From assembly GCA_052426225.1 (NCBI GenBank), contig JBNJNM010000007.1:186001-250000 (forward strand): a DNA stretch of 64,000 nt, read 5' to 3'. Position numbers and translations under genes: made by a program. Of the stretch, positions 1 to 11,333 are shown piece by piece. Each line of letters starts with the position of its first letter. The first letter of the stretch is position 1. The DNA is from Zancudomyces culisetae HAW-14-8 (lineage: Eukaryota > Fungi > Kickxellomycota). Under the pieces are notes generated by a model. That model saw only the letters and a list, made by a program, of their open reading frames with translations. It did not search any database and was not told where the DNA came from.

Positions 1-2061
1 GGATTCAATAATTTATCAAAATTAAACGAATATTGATCAAGCACTTGACCATATTCCGTAAATGTTCTCTTTTTTTCATTGAATGGAAACAAAAAAGTAG
101 TATTGCTTTCATTGGCATAGCTAGATAACGTGTTGGCAAAATAGTAGTCATGAATTATTCCAGAACTCAGTTTGGCGAGACTCGATGTTTTCAGGTTGTT
201 TGTAGGGTTATAGTAGTAGCCGGCACTGTTTATAGCGTTCAAATTGTTTTGCATAAGTGACGTGCCAGTTCTGGTTGTTCCTAGTTGCTGGGCGTTTTCT
301 TCACCATTCACATTCACTTGTCCCTGACCTTGCCCTTGCCCTTGCCCTTGATCTTGGTCTTGATCTTGGTCTTGGTCTTGTCCCTGACCCTGTTGAAGTA
401 AATGTTCCATTTCTTCCTCCATCAAAATCTGCTGTTCTGCTTGTCTTTCTATTTGCTTCTTTCTATGCTGTTCAACAAATTCTTCAAGTTCTTTTCCTTT
501 CAACATTTCTTTTTCGTACTTTGATATATTGACTGTAACATTCTCCAATTTTACGCTTTGACCCAAAGGAATATTCAATAAATCTATATCTGTATCTACA
601 CCTACACCTACACCTACACCTACACCCACATCTACATCCATATCCCCATGTTTTTGTTTTTGTTTTTGTTTTTGTTTGCGCTGATTCTCTATTTCTCGGT
701 TTTTGGCTAACCATAATTCGTATAATTGTCTAGATAACGAATTTGTTCCTCCTTTTTCTGTTAATAACAACATTGTCTGTGGCGAATTTTTATTACCATC
801 ATTTCCATTATTATTATTATTATTATTTGTATTATTATTTGTATTTTTATTATTATTACCACTATTATTACTATTGTTGTTGTTTGTAAATAAAAGTTTA
901 AACAATTTTTTGGAATATCCAAATTCCAAATCTTCTCCAACTGCCAAAATAACCTTTCGACTCATTGTATTTACATTAGATGTCTTTGCCTTCATTATCT
1001 TGTACAGCTTTTTCATATCTCCAGCAATTTTGACATTCAACAGTTCAAATGGATTCTTGCGCCTTGAATTTTCATAATTCCCTCCTCCTCCCCCTCCTCC
1101 TCCACTACCTCCAACACCTTCATTCATCCATTCCAACATAGACTGGCTGAACCGAAGTGTCGTCGATCCCATACTAGATACCATTATTGCCTGACTTCCC
1201 CTCGGTATCTTGCTGCTATCCATTATCCGGTCGATCATGTACAACATCTCCAAACTACGGCTTGATACGTCTACTGGTATCAGTATATTTCTACCTTTTG
1301 TCAGCTGCTCTACAATTGTTTGCTTGAGCCGCTCTTGTCGTTTGCGAAGTGTCGGTAGATTTCGGTTAATGTTTCCTGTTTCGGTTATTAACAAGCTAGG
1401 TCTGACCAATTCCTTTATAATATGTCCCTTGTATAGCAGCCCGGTCGCATTTAGATGTGCTTCCTTGACTAGATTGTATTTAACCAAATACAAAACTTGC
1501 TCGGTAGGTGTTTTTATCCTCCATATCGATCCTCCCAGACTATGCCCTGAAGGAATCGCTACAATCTCGAATTCTCTCAGCTTTCTACTATATGTATTTC
1601 CTCCTCCTCCTCCACTCCCTCCTCCGACTCCCATAATTCTGTTATTTTCACCACCAAGACGCTGTGAAAACCGAATCCCTGTTATATGATCAAATGCCTT
1701 GTCCACATGTTCCAATAACAGCTCCTTTTGTTTAAGATTTGCCTGCCATTCCAAACACAATTCCTTACAAGTTATCCGTCCCATATTTTTCACTGGAATT
1801 GTCGAATATGCTGGACATTTAAGCCCCAGATGTGTATACGCTGCTGCATAATTTCCGATATGCTCCTTTGTGGACTGCGAAAGTAGTACTAGATCAATGT
1901 TTTTTGCATATTTTTTCAACTCGCTGTTTAAAACTTGTTGTACTTGCCCGGTACCCCCCACAATCTAATAGGATCTTGACTCCATCCAATTCTAGTAAAT
2001 AACAAAGCCCGTCTTGCTCGTTCGTACCTGAAAGTGGTATGAATTTCGTTGTAGAGCTCAT
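1..2061 (-). CDS. CFT2: Cleavage and polyadenylation specificity factor subunit 2 (CPSF100), 3' end outside the window; apparent 1-nt frameshift near 1954-1959
   Basis: Manual translation from ATG 2061 gives MSSTTKFIPLSGTNEQDGLCYLLELDGVKILLDCG. A different frame then gives IDLVLLSQSTKEHIGNYAAAYTHLGLKCPAYSTIPVKNMGR and, near the left edge, LFPFNEKKRTFTEYGQ. These match the CPSF100 inactive metallo-beta-lactamase motifs. It is missing from the ORF track, consistent with the frame running off the window without a stop. Confidence 0.9.
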
Positions 2062-2639
2062 CTTCAGTTCTTGTTTATGTTTTTGTTTTCTCCCCCCTCA
2101 CCTTTCATTTGTTTTTTTCCCCCACCCTTTTATCTATTATATAATCAGGAATATTGAGGAATGAACTCGAAAAAATCTGTTGATTTGTGATATTTACTCT
2201 TTTTCTTTTCTTTTCTTTTATTTTATTTTATTTTAGTTGATTAATATTGTGCACAAGAGCTTGAACAAACAATTTCAGTTAATTTTTTATTTTTTATTTT
2301 TTATTTTTTATTTTTTACTTTCAAACCAAGATTCACAAAAGCTAGAGTAAAATAAAACTAATAATAATAATTTAGTAAACTTTAATATCATTTGAAATAA
2401 CAATATATTTTTTAAATATATGCTTGATATTTGTGTGTTAAAACCCTTTATTTTTAAAAAAAAAATTTCATCTAGTCAAAATTATTGATGATTATGATAT
2501 AAAAAAGGAATGGTTTTCGAAATAAATACAGGTACTAGTGTTCGTAAAAATAAAAAGAAAGAGTGACATTGTGCAAAAAACAGAAAGAAAAGAATGGAAA
2601 TGGAATGGAAAAAGAGATATAAAAAAAAAACAAACTTAA

Positions 2640-4901
2640 TCACTGTAGGATAGAGGAAATAAAATTTACATAGGAGCCAAAGGCCTTTTTGTCAGAATCT
2701 GAAGCATACGTAGCCCAAATATTCGAAAACTCAGTAATCAGAGTAGAAATACCCTTTAGGTAGCCGGTATCGGGACCAGGACAATCGGAATTGAAGGTAC
2801 AGGGTTGTTCGGGAGTTGAGGTGGCAGAAAAGGAATGGGTTGAGGAAGGCGGGCATTGGAGAGTCGGAGTCGAAGAGGTATTTTCGCGCTGAATAAAAGT
2901 ACAGTTTACAAAATCAATAATACGTAAATCAAGGTCGGAATTGATCATCGTTAGCGGTGTGGCAAGAGAGAGAGGAGGGGTATTTGTAGATGAAGAAGAA
3001 GAAGAGGATGAGGAAGAAGAATCAGAAAGTGTTTCCAAGGGAGCAGACTCAATATCAGAGTGATGAGGAGACATATTCAGAGAATTGTCGGAATGGCAAA
3101 TAATCGGTGAAGCGTATGGCGAACAAGACAAGTCAATAGATGGACGATTTGCACCGTCGTAGACAAGTAACAGACTGCCGCCATAAAACCGAAACCCGTG
3201 TATTTGAGAAACAGTTTTGTACAGCTGTGCCAGACGACGCAGGATGTGGGGGATGTGCCAAACCATAACACCAAAGCCATTATCCAGAAACTCAATCAAA
3301 ACTCGTCTGAATGACGACGTGGTCAACGATCGGCCAAAATACTTGTCGAGAAACAAAAAGGCATCGCGGTTGGCTTTGTACACCTGCAGCCCACACATCC
3401 GCACGCCCAGCTCCTTGCTCGTTGTCTGGCTACATTTAAGCGTCTGCGACCGGATCTTTTCGGGCGATGCGTTGACGCCATGTTGCCGTGTACCCATCTT
3501 CAAATCCAAAATACAAGGCCGCTCCATTGTGGCAGTTATGTCACTGAGTAGAATAAACTTATGGGTGCTCCCGGGAATTGCATCTGCAAGCGTTAGCATT
3601 TTTTTGGAACACTTTTTATCCCACAGATCCTGACACCCCTCCATCCCTCCACTCCGATTGGTCGTGTTGCTCCCATTTTTTTGATCGTTACTCGTTGCAT
3701 TGTTGTTTAGTGAGAGGTCGGACAGTTCTCGTCGCAGTCCTCCCACATTAACATCAAGACCAATCTTTTCCGTCTTAGCTATACTGTTCCTGGTACGCCT
3801 GCATCCACCAGTGCTACTCACGGTTGCTTCCGGATCATCAGATTCGCCCATACACCCATCTACCCTCTTCTTGTGACCCATTCGTGCTTGGAAATCAACT
3901 TCAGAATTCCGACGCGTTACCGTTCGAGTTTTGTACATCTTTTCGTGTTTTTCCAATGCCTCAAACGATAGTGCCTCCTTCAAAACCTCCTCCTGCATTT
4001 TTTTCCACCGCTTGTTCAGCTTCATCTCTCCACTGTCCTCAATAATCCCCGGACTTGAATCTGCCTTTTTGGAATATCCATCATGCCCGGCCCGTTTTAT
4101 ACTTCGCTGCTTGTTCTCCTTCAGCTCATCGCTCTTGTCTTCATCCCAGTCGTCCTTATTTGTCCTTCCTCGCCTTCTATTCATTGTTGCAGTCACAAGC
4201 CATTTTGGTATTATATGTCTGTTCTGTTCAAACACAACCTCTGGAATCACCTGCCCACCTTCATATCCTTGCATATACGTCACATTTACATGTCCCAAAT
4301 ACTCTGGTAAAAATTTGTATAGCTTTGGATGTATCATATCCACCACCGTGTAGAATCTGTTTTCGTGGGGATTCATTGGCTTACATATTGCCTTTCTCGA
4401 AAACTTGTAGAACGGCGTGTGCCCCCCAACTTGGTTGATAAACGGTGTTAAATGCAGCGATCTAATTCCCTTTCGCCCTATATTTTTTTTCTTTCTTCTT
4501 TCCTGCTGTAGCTTTCTATCAAACATTTCCTCAATCAGAGTGGAGTATTCCACTTTGCTCTTGCGCCCTCGTCCTTTAGACATTCTCAGCCCTTCTCCCT
4601 CACTTTCAACCAAATTAGCATATCCTCCTCTTATTGCTGGCAGCCCCCCTCTTCTTCTTTCTAGTTTACTACTGCCTTTACGGATTCTGACCCCTTTAAC
4701 CCTCTTTTCATATTCTAGCTTCTCGCTTATGGGCATCTCAACTGCGACCCCATCCTCCAGCCCTCCCTGAACACCCGCCCCCTTCTCTATTATCTTATAC
4801 TTTCTGTCTAGCCTTGCGCCTCTCTTCAATGTTTCTGAAGTTCCACTGTCGCTCGAATTAATATCCGAGGTTTCAACCAACGGAACTCTATATGCCCACA
4901 T
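2640..4901 (-). CDS. KCS1: Inositol polyphosphate kinase (IP6K/Kcs1-like)
   Basis: QVGGH motif, PCILDLKMGTRQHG (PxxxDxKxG IPK signature), GSLLLVYD and IIDF motifs. The first in-frame ATG is at 4901. The frame is open further upstream to about 5036 and an upstream exon is possible, so the start is uncertain. Confidence 0.88.
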   Translation of the reverse strand: MWAYRVPLVETSDINSSDSGTSETLKRGARLDRKYKIIEKGAGVQGGLEDGVAVEMPISEKLEYEKRVKGVRIRKGSSKLERRRGGLPAIRGGYANLVESEGEGLRMSKGRGRKSKVEYSTLIEEMFDRKLQQERRKKKNIGRKGIRSLHLTPFINQVGGHTPFYKFSRKAICKPMNPHENRFYTVVDMIHPKLYKFLPEYLGHVNVTYMQGYEGGQVIPEVVFEQNRHIIPKWLVTATMNRRRGRTNKDDWDEDKSDELKENKQRSIKRAGHDGYSKKADSSPGIIEDSGEMKLNKRWKKMQEEVLKEALSFEALEKHEKMYKTRTVTRRNSEVDFQARMGHKKRVDGCMGESDDPEATVSSTGGCRRTRNSIAKTEKIGLDVNVGGLRRELSDLSLNNNATSNDQKNGSNTTNRSGGMEGCQDLWDKKCSKKMLTLADAIPGSTHKFILLSDITATMERPCILDLKMGTRQHGVNASPEKIRSQTLKCSQTTSKELGVRMCGLQVYKANRDAFLFLDKYFGRSLTTSSFRRVLIEFLDNGFGVMVWHIPHILRRLAQLYKTVSQIHGFRFYGGSLLLVYDGANRPSIDLSCSPYASPIICHSDNSLNMSPHHSDIESAPLETLSDSSSSSSSSSSSTNTPPLSLATPLTMINSDLDLRIIDFVNCTFIQRENTSSTPTLQCPPSSTHSFSATSTPEQPCTFNSDCPGPDTGYLKGISTLITEFSNIWATYASDSDKKAFGSYVNFISSILQ

Positions 4902-7900
4902 TTTCTGCCTACTTCCCCTGTACCTTTCATAGCGATATGCTCTTTTGGGTGCTTTTGCAAGTTTTATTCCTGTGTTGGCCAATTTTATGTTACTCTTTTT
5001 ATCCTTTGTTTTTTTTTTTACTATTTGTATAGTATTTTATTTAGTTTTACCTCTTTTTAACAATGAACAATCTTCAATGTTAAACTCCCTTTCCTAATTT
5101 TAGTGGCTCTTGATATATTTGATGGTGTCTCCTTTTTTTAGCCAGAATAAATACCGTTCTATATTTCACTTATTTGCCTGGAACAGCCCACTTTGTTTAT
5201 TTTGTTTTATTGTAATTGCACTTTTAGTTCCTGTTCTTGTATACTACTTGGTTTTGTAAATCTAATTAGTTCTTTCTCTCTCCTGATGGTTAACTGTTTT
5301 ATTTTTATTACCACATTTAAATTCCAATAACTAAACTCAAAAGAAAGAAAAAAGATACAACAGAATGTTTACTACAGCGCTTCATAGAATTTTTTTTTTC
5401 TCGCACTCAAGTCTATTTTTAACTTGACTTTTTTTTTTTTCAGTGAGCCTTGTAGCTTTTTATTTCTCTATTTATACTATTTTTTTTCAATATTGTTTTT
5501 ATTTATATTATTTTTGGGATTTAGGCCAATTTTACAAAATGTATAACCCAAAACGAAAAAAAAAATAAAAATATCTGCTCCACCTAATACAGCCATTTTT
5601 TTTTAATTTGAGCTTATTAATTAGTATAGCACCTGGAATTCACGCTTGAATTTTCATATATTTTCTTGTGGTCATGTAAATAAAATCAGATCCCTTTGAA
5701 ACGGCCTATAACGTAAATGCTCGTGTACTATTGCTTAATATCCTATAAAATCACGTTTTTCTTTATGGCAAAGATGCCTTTGATTCTCTTTCTTATTGCT
5801 GTTTTATTCAAGATATCATCAGTATCGTTCTTTTTTTCTTGATTCTATATTCATACTATCCCACGTTCTTTTCCATCTCTCTCTTATCCATTTATTGTCT
5901 CAGTGCTTTAAATAACTATTTTGACCTATTCTAATTCAACCTTGAATGTTTTTTCTTCAAGGCCTAGCATATTAGTTTTGAAACCACTTCATATCGAGTA
6001 TCCTCTTTGGTACAGATCCTCAATCTCAACCAGATATATCATTTGGATGCAGTTTCAAATAAAAAGTTTTGAATGGAGATGCTTTTGAAAGTCAACAAAC
6101 CAATACCATTGCCTCATTTTCCCGTATGGCAAGCCTATGGATCTCTTGATTTTTTGCACGTTTTTATTTTTTTTTCCTCTTTTAGCCAGACCCAATTCCA
6201 GATTTAATTTTTTTGTTGTTGCTATTTCCTAATTATATTTGACCTCATTTAGATTGAAAAAAAAAAAAAGTCTGTAGAATTATGAAATTCCGATTGTATA
6301 TTAAAGGTAAACATGGTTGCCAATGTATCGCTCGTTTCGTTACCTCAAACCATACGTTTTGTTGACTAACTACAAGGAAAGCTATCCTGTACAAACATAA
6401 ATTTACAAGCTTATATCCAGTCCTCTTGTCACTTTGCCATTTTGATATCCCCTTTCTTATTGCGCTAAATCATTAATTTTGGTAAACACTTGTCCCTATG
6501 AAAAAAGCATAAACTAACAAAAAACTAAATAAATGAAAAAAAAAACTTGGCATCTAGATAATATTGATTTGTTTAGATGATATCTAGTTGAAAGATTATC
6601 AAACGCCTTACAAATTGTGTAAATGTACCTGCAAAAAAGTTGGTATTTCCCGTCTGCTTCTTCCGAAAATCACAATCAAAAGTAGCAAAAAAAGAAGAAA
6701 AAAAAAAGCAATGTCCATAAAACCCAACACAACAATCGCATTTATATTGACCAGTACACCAGATTTACGGATATAATAACCACCTTTTCTTCCACCACCA
6801 ATACCACACTACTATACACTTTTGTTCACAACCATAGAACAGGAATTAATTTGTTTTTTTTTTCCTTTTCTGCCAGGCTAAAACTGAATAACACCATTTT
6901 CCTGTGCAACCACCTTAGTCACTATTAAACTAGGGTGTTATGTGTTGTTATATACAAAAGGAGTATACATCATAAACATTCACAATTGTTAGTGGCAATG
7001 ACACGTTCCTATTTGGCCAACAACCAAAACGTTTCCCAGCTACTTGCTCTCATTTCTCCTTTTCCTCTCTAAAAAAAACCCACATGCCTTGGGTATTGCG
7101 AATTTTTTTTTCTCAGCCTCCAAATTTTGCATAAAAACTCTTTCCGATAAAATCCATAGCAAATGAAATAGGGCATTTCGACCACGTGAAATCCAGTAAC
7201 ACATGGTGTTTATTATTTAAGATTCTCCTAGTGCTCAAAAGTAAAGATGAATTGTCCAATAAAAATTACACGTGTCTACTCCTTTACCTTGATTGGGCTC
7301 GTCTAATCCGCTTTGAGTATTGTGTTCCTCGATCAGCTTAATTATTTTATTTTCTTGTTTACCCAGCCTATCTCGTATTCCTGCTTCTGTTCCATTTTTC
7401 CGAGTGATGCCACTGAATATAATAGGAGTATTGCCTCCAATTAACCAATAGTCGCTAAAAATAGTCGCTAAACCAAGCTGGTAATGGACACAATACTAGG
7501 AACAATATACCCAATCCACCAGAATGTTTAATTACATGTCATGTGCCTATATATTGACATTCACTGTGGCCCTGAACACCAAATTGTCTAGTAGTAAGTT
7601 ACAGGCCCATTTTATCTAAAATATGACATCACCATTATATTTATCGTTCTTTAAACTGTCACCAGGAATCACAGGTACTACAATTCAGGTAAATGCGAAT
7701 CAAAAAAAAAAGAGTAATCCTCTGTTTCTTTACCCTCATGTGACTTTCCACGTGCTATATTGGCTTTTGATATATTGGTTTTCTCAATGGTGATCTGTAT
7801 CTGAAAATGTAGGAATGAAAATAAAAGTCAATTGAATGAAGTATAACTGTCTTTCATGCTCGTTTAAATCTATTTTAATTGCGTACAACTTTCTTTCCGC

Positions 7901-8009
7901 CTCAACCTCAAAAATAAAACAGACAAGATAAATAAAATAAAATGCTTTAAAAATTGAAGAGGAACTGATGTCTCTCTTCCTTGTTAATTACAAACTACAA
8001 CTCTGTTCT

Positions 8010-9765
8010 TTAGAAAACGCTTAAAATGAAAAAATCTGTTTTTCCCTTTCTGATAATGGCAAACTTGCCATTATCCAAATAATCAGCATCCAGCGAGGGC
8101 ATCCACTTGTCAGAGGTCACTCTTGTGTTATTCCAATAAAGTCCATTGTTTTTTATTAGCCTAAACGCCTCAGACTTAGAGCTGCATGCCCCAGTCAAAA
8201 CTGCGAGATCTGTTATTCTCATCTCTCTTATGACTTCAGCCTTTGCTCGTATTAGCCTAGAATCGTTTTTAAATGATTTTAGAATATATTCACTGGTGAT
8301 ATTAGAGTCAGAGATGTTCTGACCCTTTTTCATACCAAAAAAGAAAGCTGTTAGCTCCTGTGCGAGTTTAACTTCATTAGACCCATGAACCAGTTCTGTG
8401 ACCTCAGAAGCCAAAACAGTTTGTCCCAACATTTTTTCGGGATTTTTATTGTGTTCAGTAACTATTTCATTTATCTTCTCTAGAGATAGTAGTGTAAAAA
8501 TCGGAAGATATCTAGCAATATCCTGATCTGAGGTTTTCATAAAAAATTGGTACAATTCGTATGGAGATGTCAAGTTCGAATCGAGCCACACGGCATTTCC
8601 TGCAGACTTTCCAAATTTAAGACCAGATGACGTGGTCAATAGTGGGATTGTCAAGCCGAACGCATTTTCATGCCGTACCCTTTTGGGCTCGCCTTCATTT
8701 GGGATTGATTTTTTCACTTCTAATGTGTTCAGCTTATGAATAAGCTCTATTCCTGCAGTAATATTTCCCCATTGGTCACTACCACCTATTTGGATCTGAC
8801 AGCCATGGTTTTTATGCAAATAATAAAAATCATACGCTTGCAGTAGCTGGTATGAAAACTCTGTATAACTAATTCCCTCCTCCGTACTCATTCTGGATTT
8901 AACGCTCTCCTTTGACAACATCGCCCCGACTCTGGATACACGTCCAACAGTACCTAGAAACTCTAAAACATTCAGATTTTTGTACCAATCGTAATTACTT
9001 AGGAACTTGATAGGCAATAAACTCTCTGATTTTGTTTTTGGTATGCGACTCTCTGCATATACCTGAGCATTTTTAAATATGTATTCAGATTGCAAGCGCA
9101 GTTTTCGCACGTTTTCTTCCAGCACATCGCTCGAAAGCTGTTTTCTTTCACTATTTCTACCACTTGGATCTCCAATCATACCAGTAGCACCACCCACCTA
9201 TTTTTAGTGTTTGTATTTATATTCATTTTTGTTTTTTCTTGTTTTGCATTTGCGTTCGCGTTTGCGTTTGCTTTGACAACCCTTTGTATTTAGAATCCAA
9301 TATTGTAATATTTGCTAGTCGTTCCTCAATTTTTCCTTTGTTCACTTTTAACTTACCAGGGAAATTACTTGATGACCACCCAAATGGAAATGAATTAATC
9401 CCATCAACGCAACCAAGTTACCCAAATGCATACTTGGGGCGGTTGGATCAACGCCGCAGTATATTGTTGCTTGTTTTTCGACAACCTTTGCTATTTCATT
9501 GCTATATTTATACAATTTTACTTGGTTTCATTACGCAATTTTCAAACATTTCAAATATAATATAAACAACGAGAGCTTTATACATACAAAATACACACAG
9601 AATGCAAATAAAACAAAAGCTGTACCTTGTAATATCAGAAATCAAGCCCCGATCCCTTAGTTCTCCAATAACATTGGTATTTATCGATCTTTTCCTTAGA
9701 GATAAGCCTGATACTGCCCTATGAAAAATAAGTTTTTGCCTAAGGTTACCTCTTGCAATTATCAT
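8010..9765 (-). CDS. MSY1: Mitochondrial tyrosyl-tRNA synthetase; 3 exons (9765-9626, 9501-9357, 9197-8010), about 490 aa
   Basis: The spliced model gives [16 protein letters not shown] (HIGH motif), [37 protein letters not shown] (KMSKS) and a C-terminal S4-like domain. The N-terminus is basic like a targeting peptide, and the GT-AG introns keep frame. Confidence 0.95.
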
Positions 9766-11333
9766 TTTACACTGCTTTTTGTATATTAGTTTTTATGGAA
9801 TGCAATTCAATCAAACCTATTGCATATAACACCATTTGTTCACTTGTCTTTTTTTTTTGAGATAAAAGATCAGACACCTAAAAACAAACACACTTTCTTT
9901 CCGACACTCGGATCCATTGGTCAGGAGTGTTATCTGTGTTGCTAGTATTGGTTTTCCCTACAAATTCTTTTTTAATTTTATTTAGAGATTAAAATCATGA
10001 TAATGGATATTACTATTCGCCAAGATTATGGAATCAATAGTTGTTACTGACTTTGCTTAGTCAAGTACAGAGCTCAGCGACTAGGTACCTGTAGTCAAAG
10101 ATAGGATTACTCGCGTCCCATTTCGTGAAAACACATTTCATCCCCCACACACAAGCTGTCTAAAAACATGAAAATTGGTACCATCATTAACTCTTGCGAA
10201 TGGAAAACCTCCTTTCCCCCCTCTTCGGCAACAACATTTTTGAGCTTTATATCACATAAAAATAGCAAAGGCTGACGAAAAGACGACTCCAAACCTCCAT
10301 TAATATCAAAACTTTGATCACAACTTGTCTTTCTGTGTTTGTAGGAAAGAGCTAAACTTCAGCTGCAACTTTATAACATTGCCACGGAGCCTTCAACGTA
10401 GAGTGGTGCCACACTATCTATAAACACTGGTATACCCACCACTTCACCACTGGTTCAATACTATTTAAATATCTCAAGCTCCGTTATGATCAGCTCTCCT
10501 TCTCTCTCCTTTTTTTCAATTTTATGTTTGTTATTTTTTTCACAAGGAGAACAGCCGCCGGTATAGAACACGCGTACTTTTCTTGACTTATCCCATACCA
10601 AGGCTTAAAAACATTCTTAAATTGGGGGGTTTTTTTGAGTTGTTTCTTTGGCACCTCTTTATTGCATATGATTATTCAATATATCTCATTTATTCGTGTT
10701 TTTATTTGCGTTTTTTGTTGGGATTACCAATGTAAACTGCCCGGATGCGTATGAAAAAAATTTTTTTTATCAACTTGATGTCTTTTCTTTTATAAAACAA
10801 CCACAGTTTGCTTTATTTGAAACCACCTTTACTTGAACAATTGAAAAGATTTTCAATATTCGAATAAAATACAAGTATTCTTGAGTATTTTTTTTAACTC
10901 GATCCACCAATTGTTCATCACCAATCTGCTATAGCTGGTTCTCGCATATGATGTTAAGTAGTGGTGCTAAAAAAGAGCACAATTTTCATTTATGTAAAAA
11001 AAAAATACGTATAATGAAATGTTTCATTGTTCTAACTTTTTAATCTATTTTTTTTTACATTTATTTTGATTACTTGAAGAGGAAGGTTCGTTTTGTGCTT
11101 ACATATTTTTTGCGGAGGGAAGAGGAAGTACAAATTAAATTTATTTCTTACTTTCAATAATATATCTTGTAAAAGCAAATTATAAAGTTCAATCCATTAA
11201 TCGGGTTTGCTTGTAGATTTATTTCCGATTTATCATAGCTTGGTAGATTTTGATAGCATATTGCTTTTACACAAAGGTAGAGAGCCATATTTGGAGGCAA
11301 GTATATACATAAAAAAAAGTTGATATCAGAAAG

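Noticed and set aside
257-1689. Short ORFs 257-532, 484-714, 703-1077 and 1210-1689
   Set aside because: Antisense or alternative-frame shadows of CPSF100, several with low-complexity translations from microsatellites.
7447-7472. Direct repeat AATAGTCGCTAAA x2
   Set aside because: A single short tandem duplication with no associated element. Its resemblance to URS1 is too weak to call.
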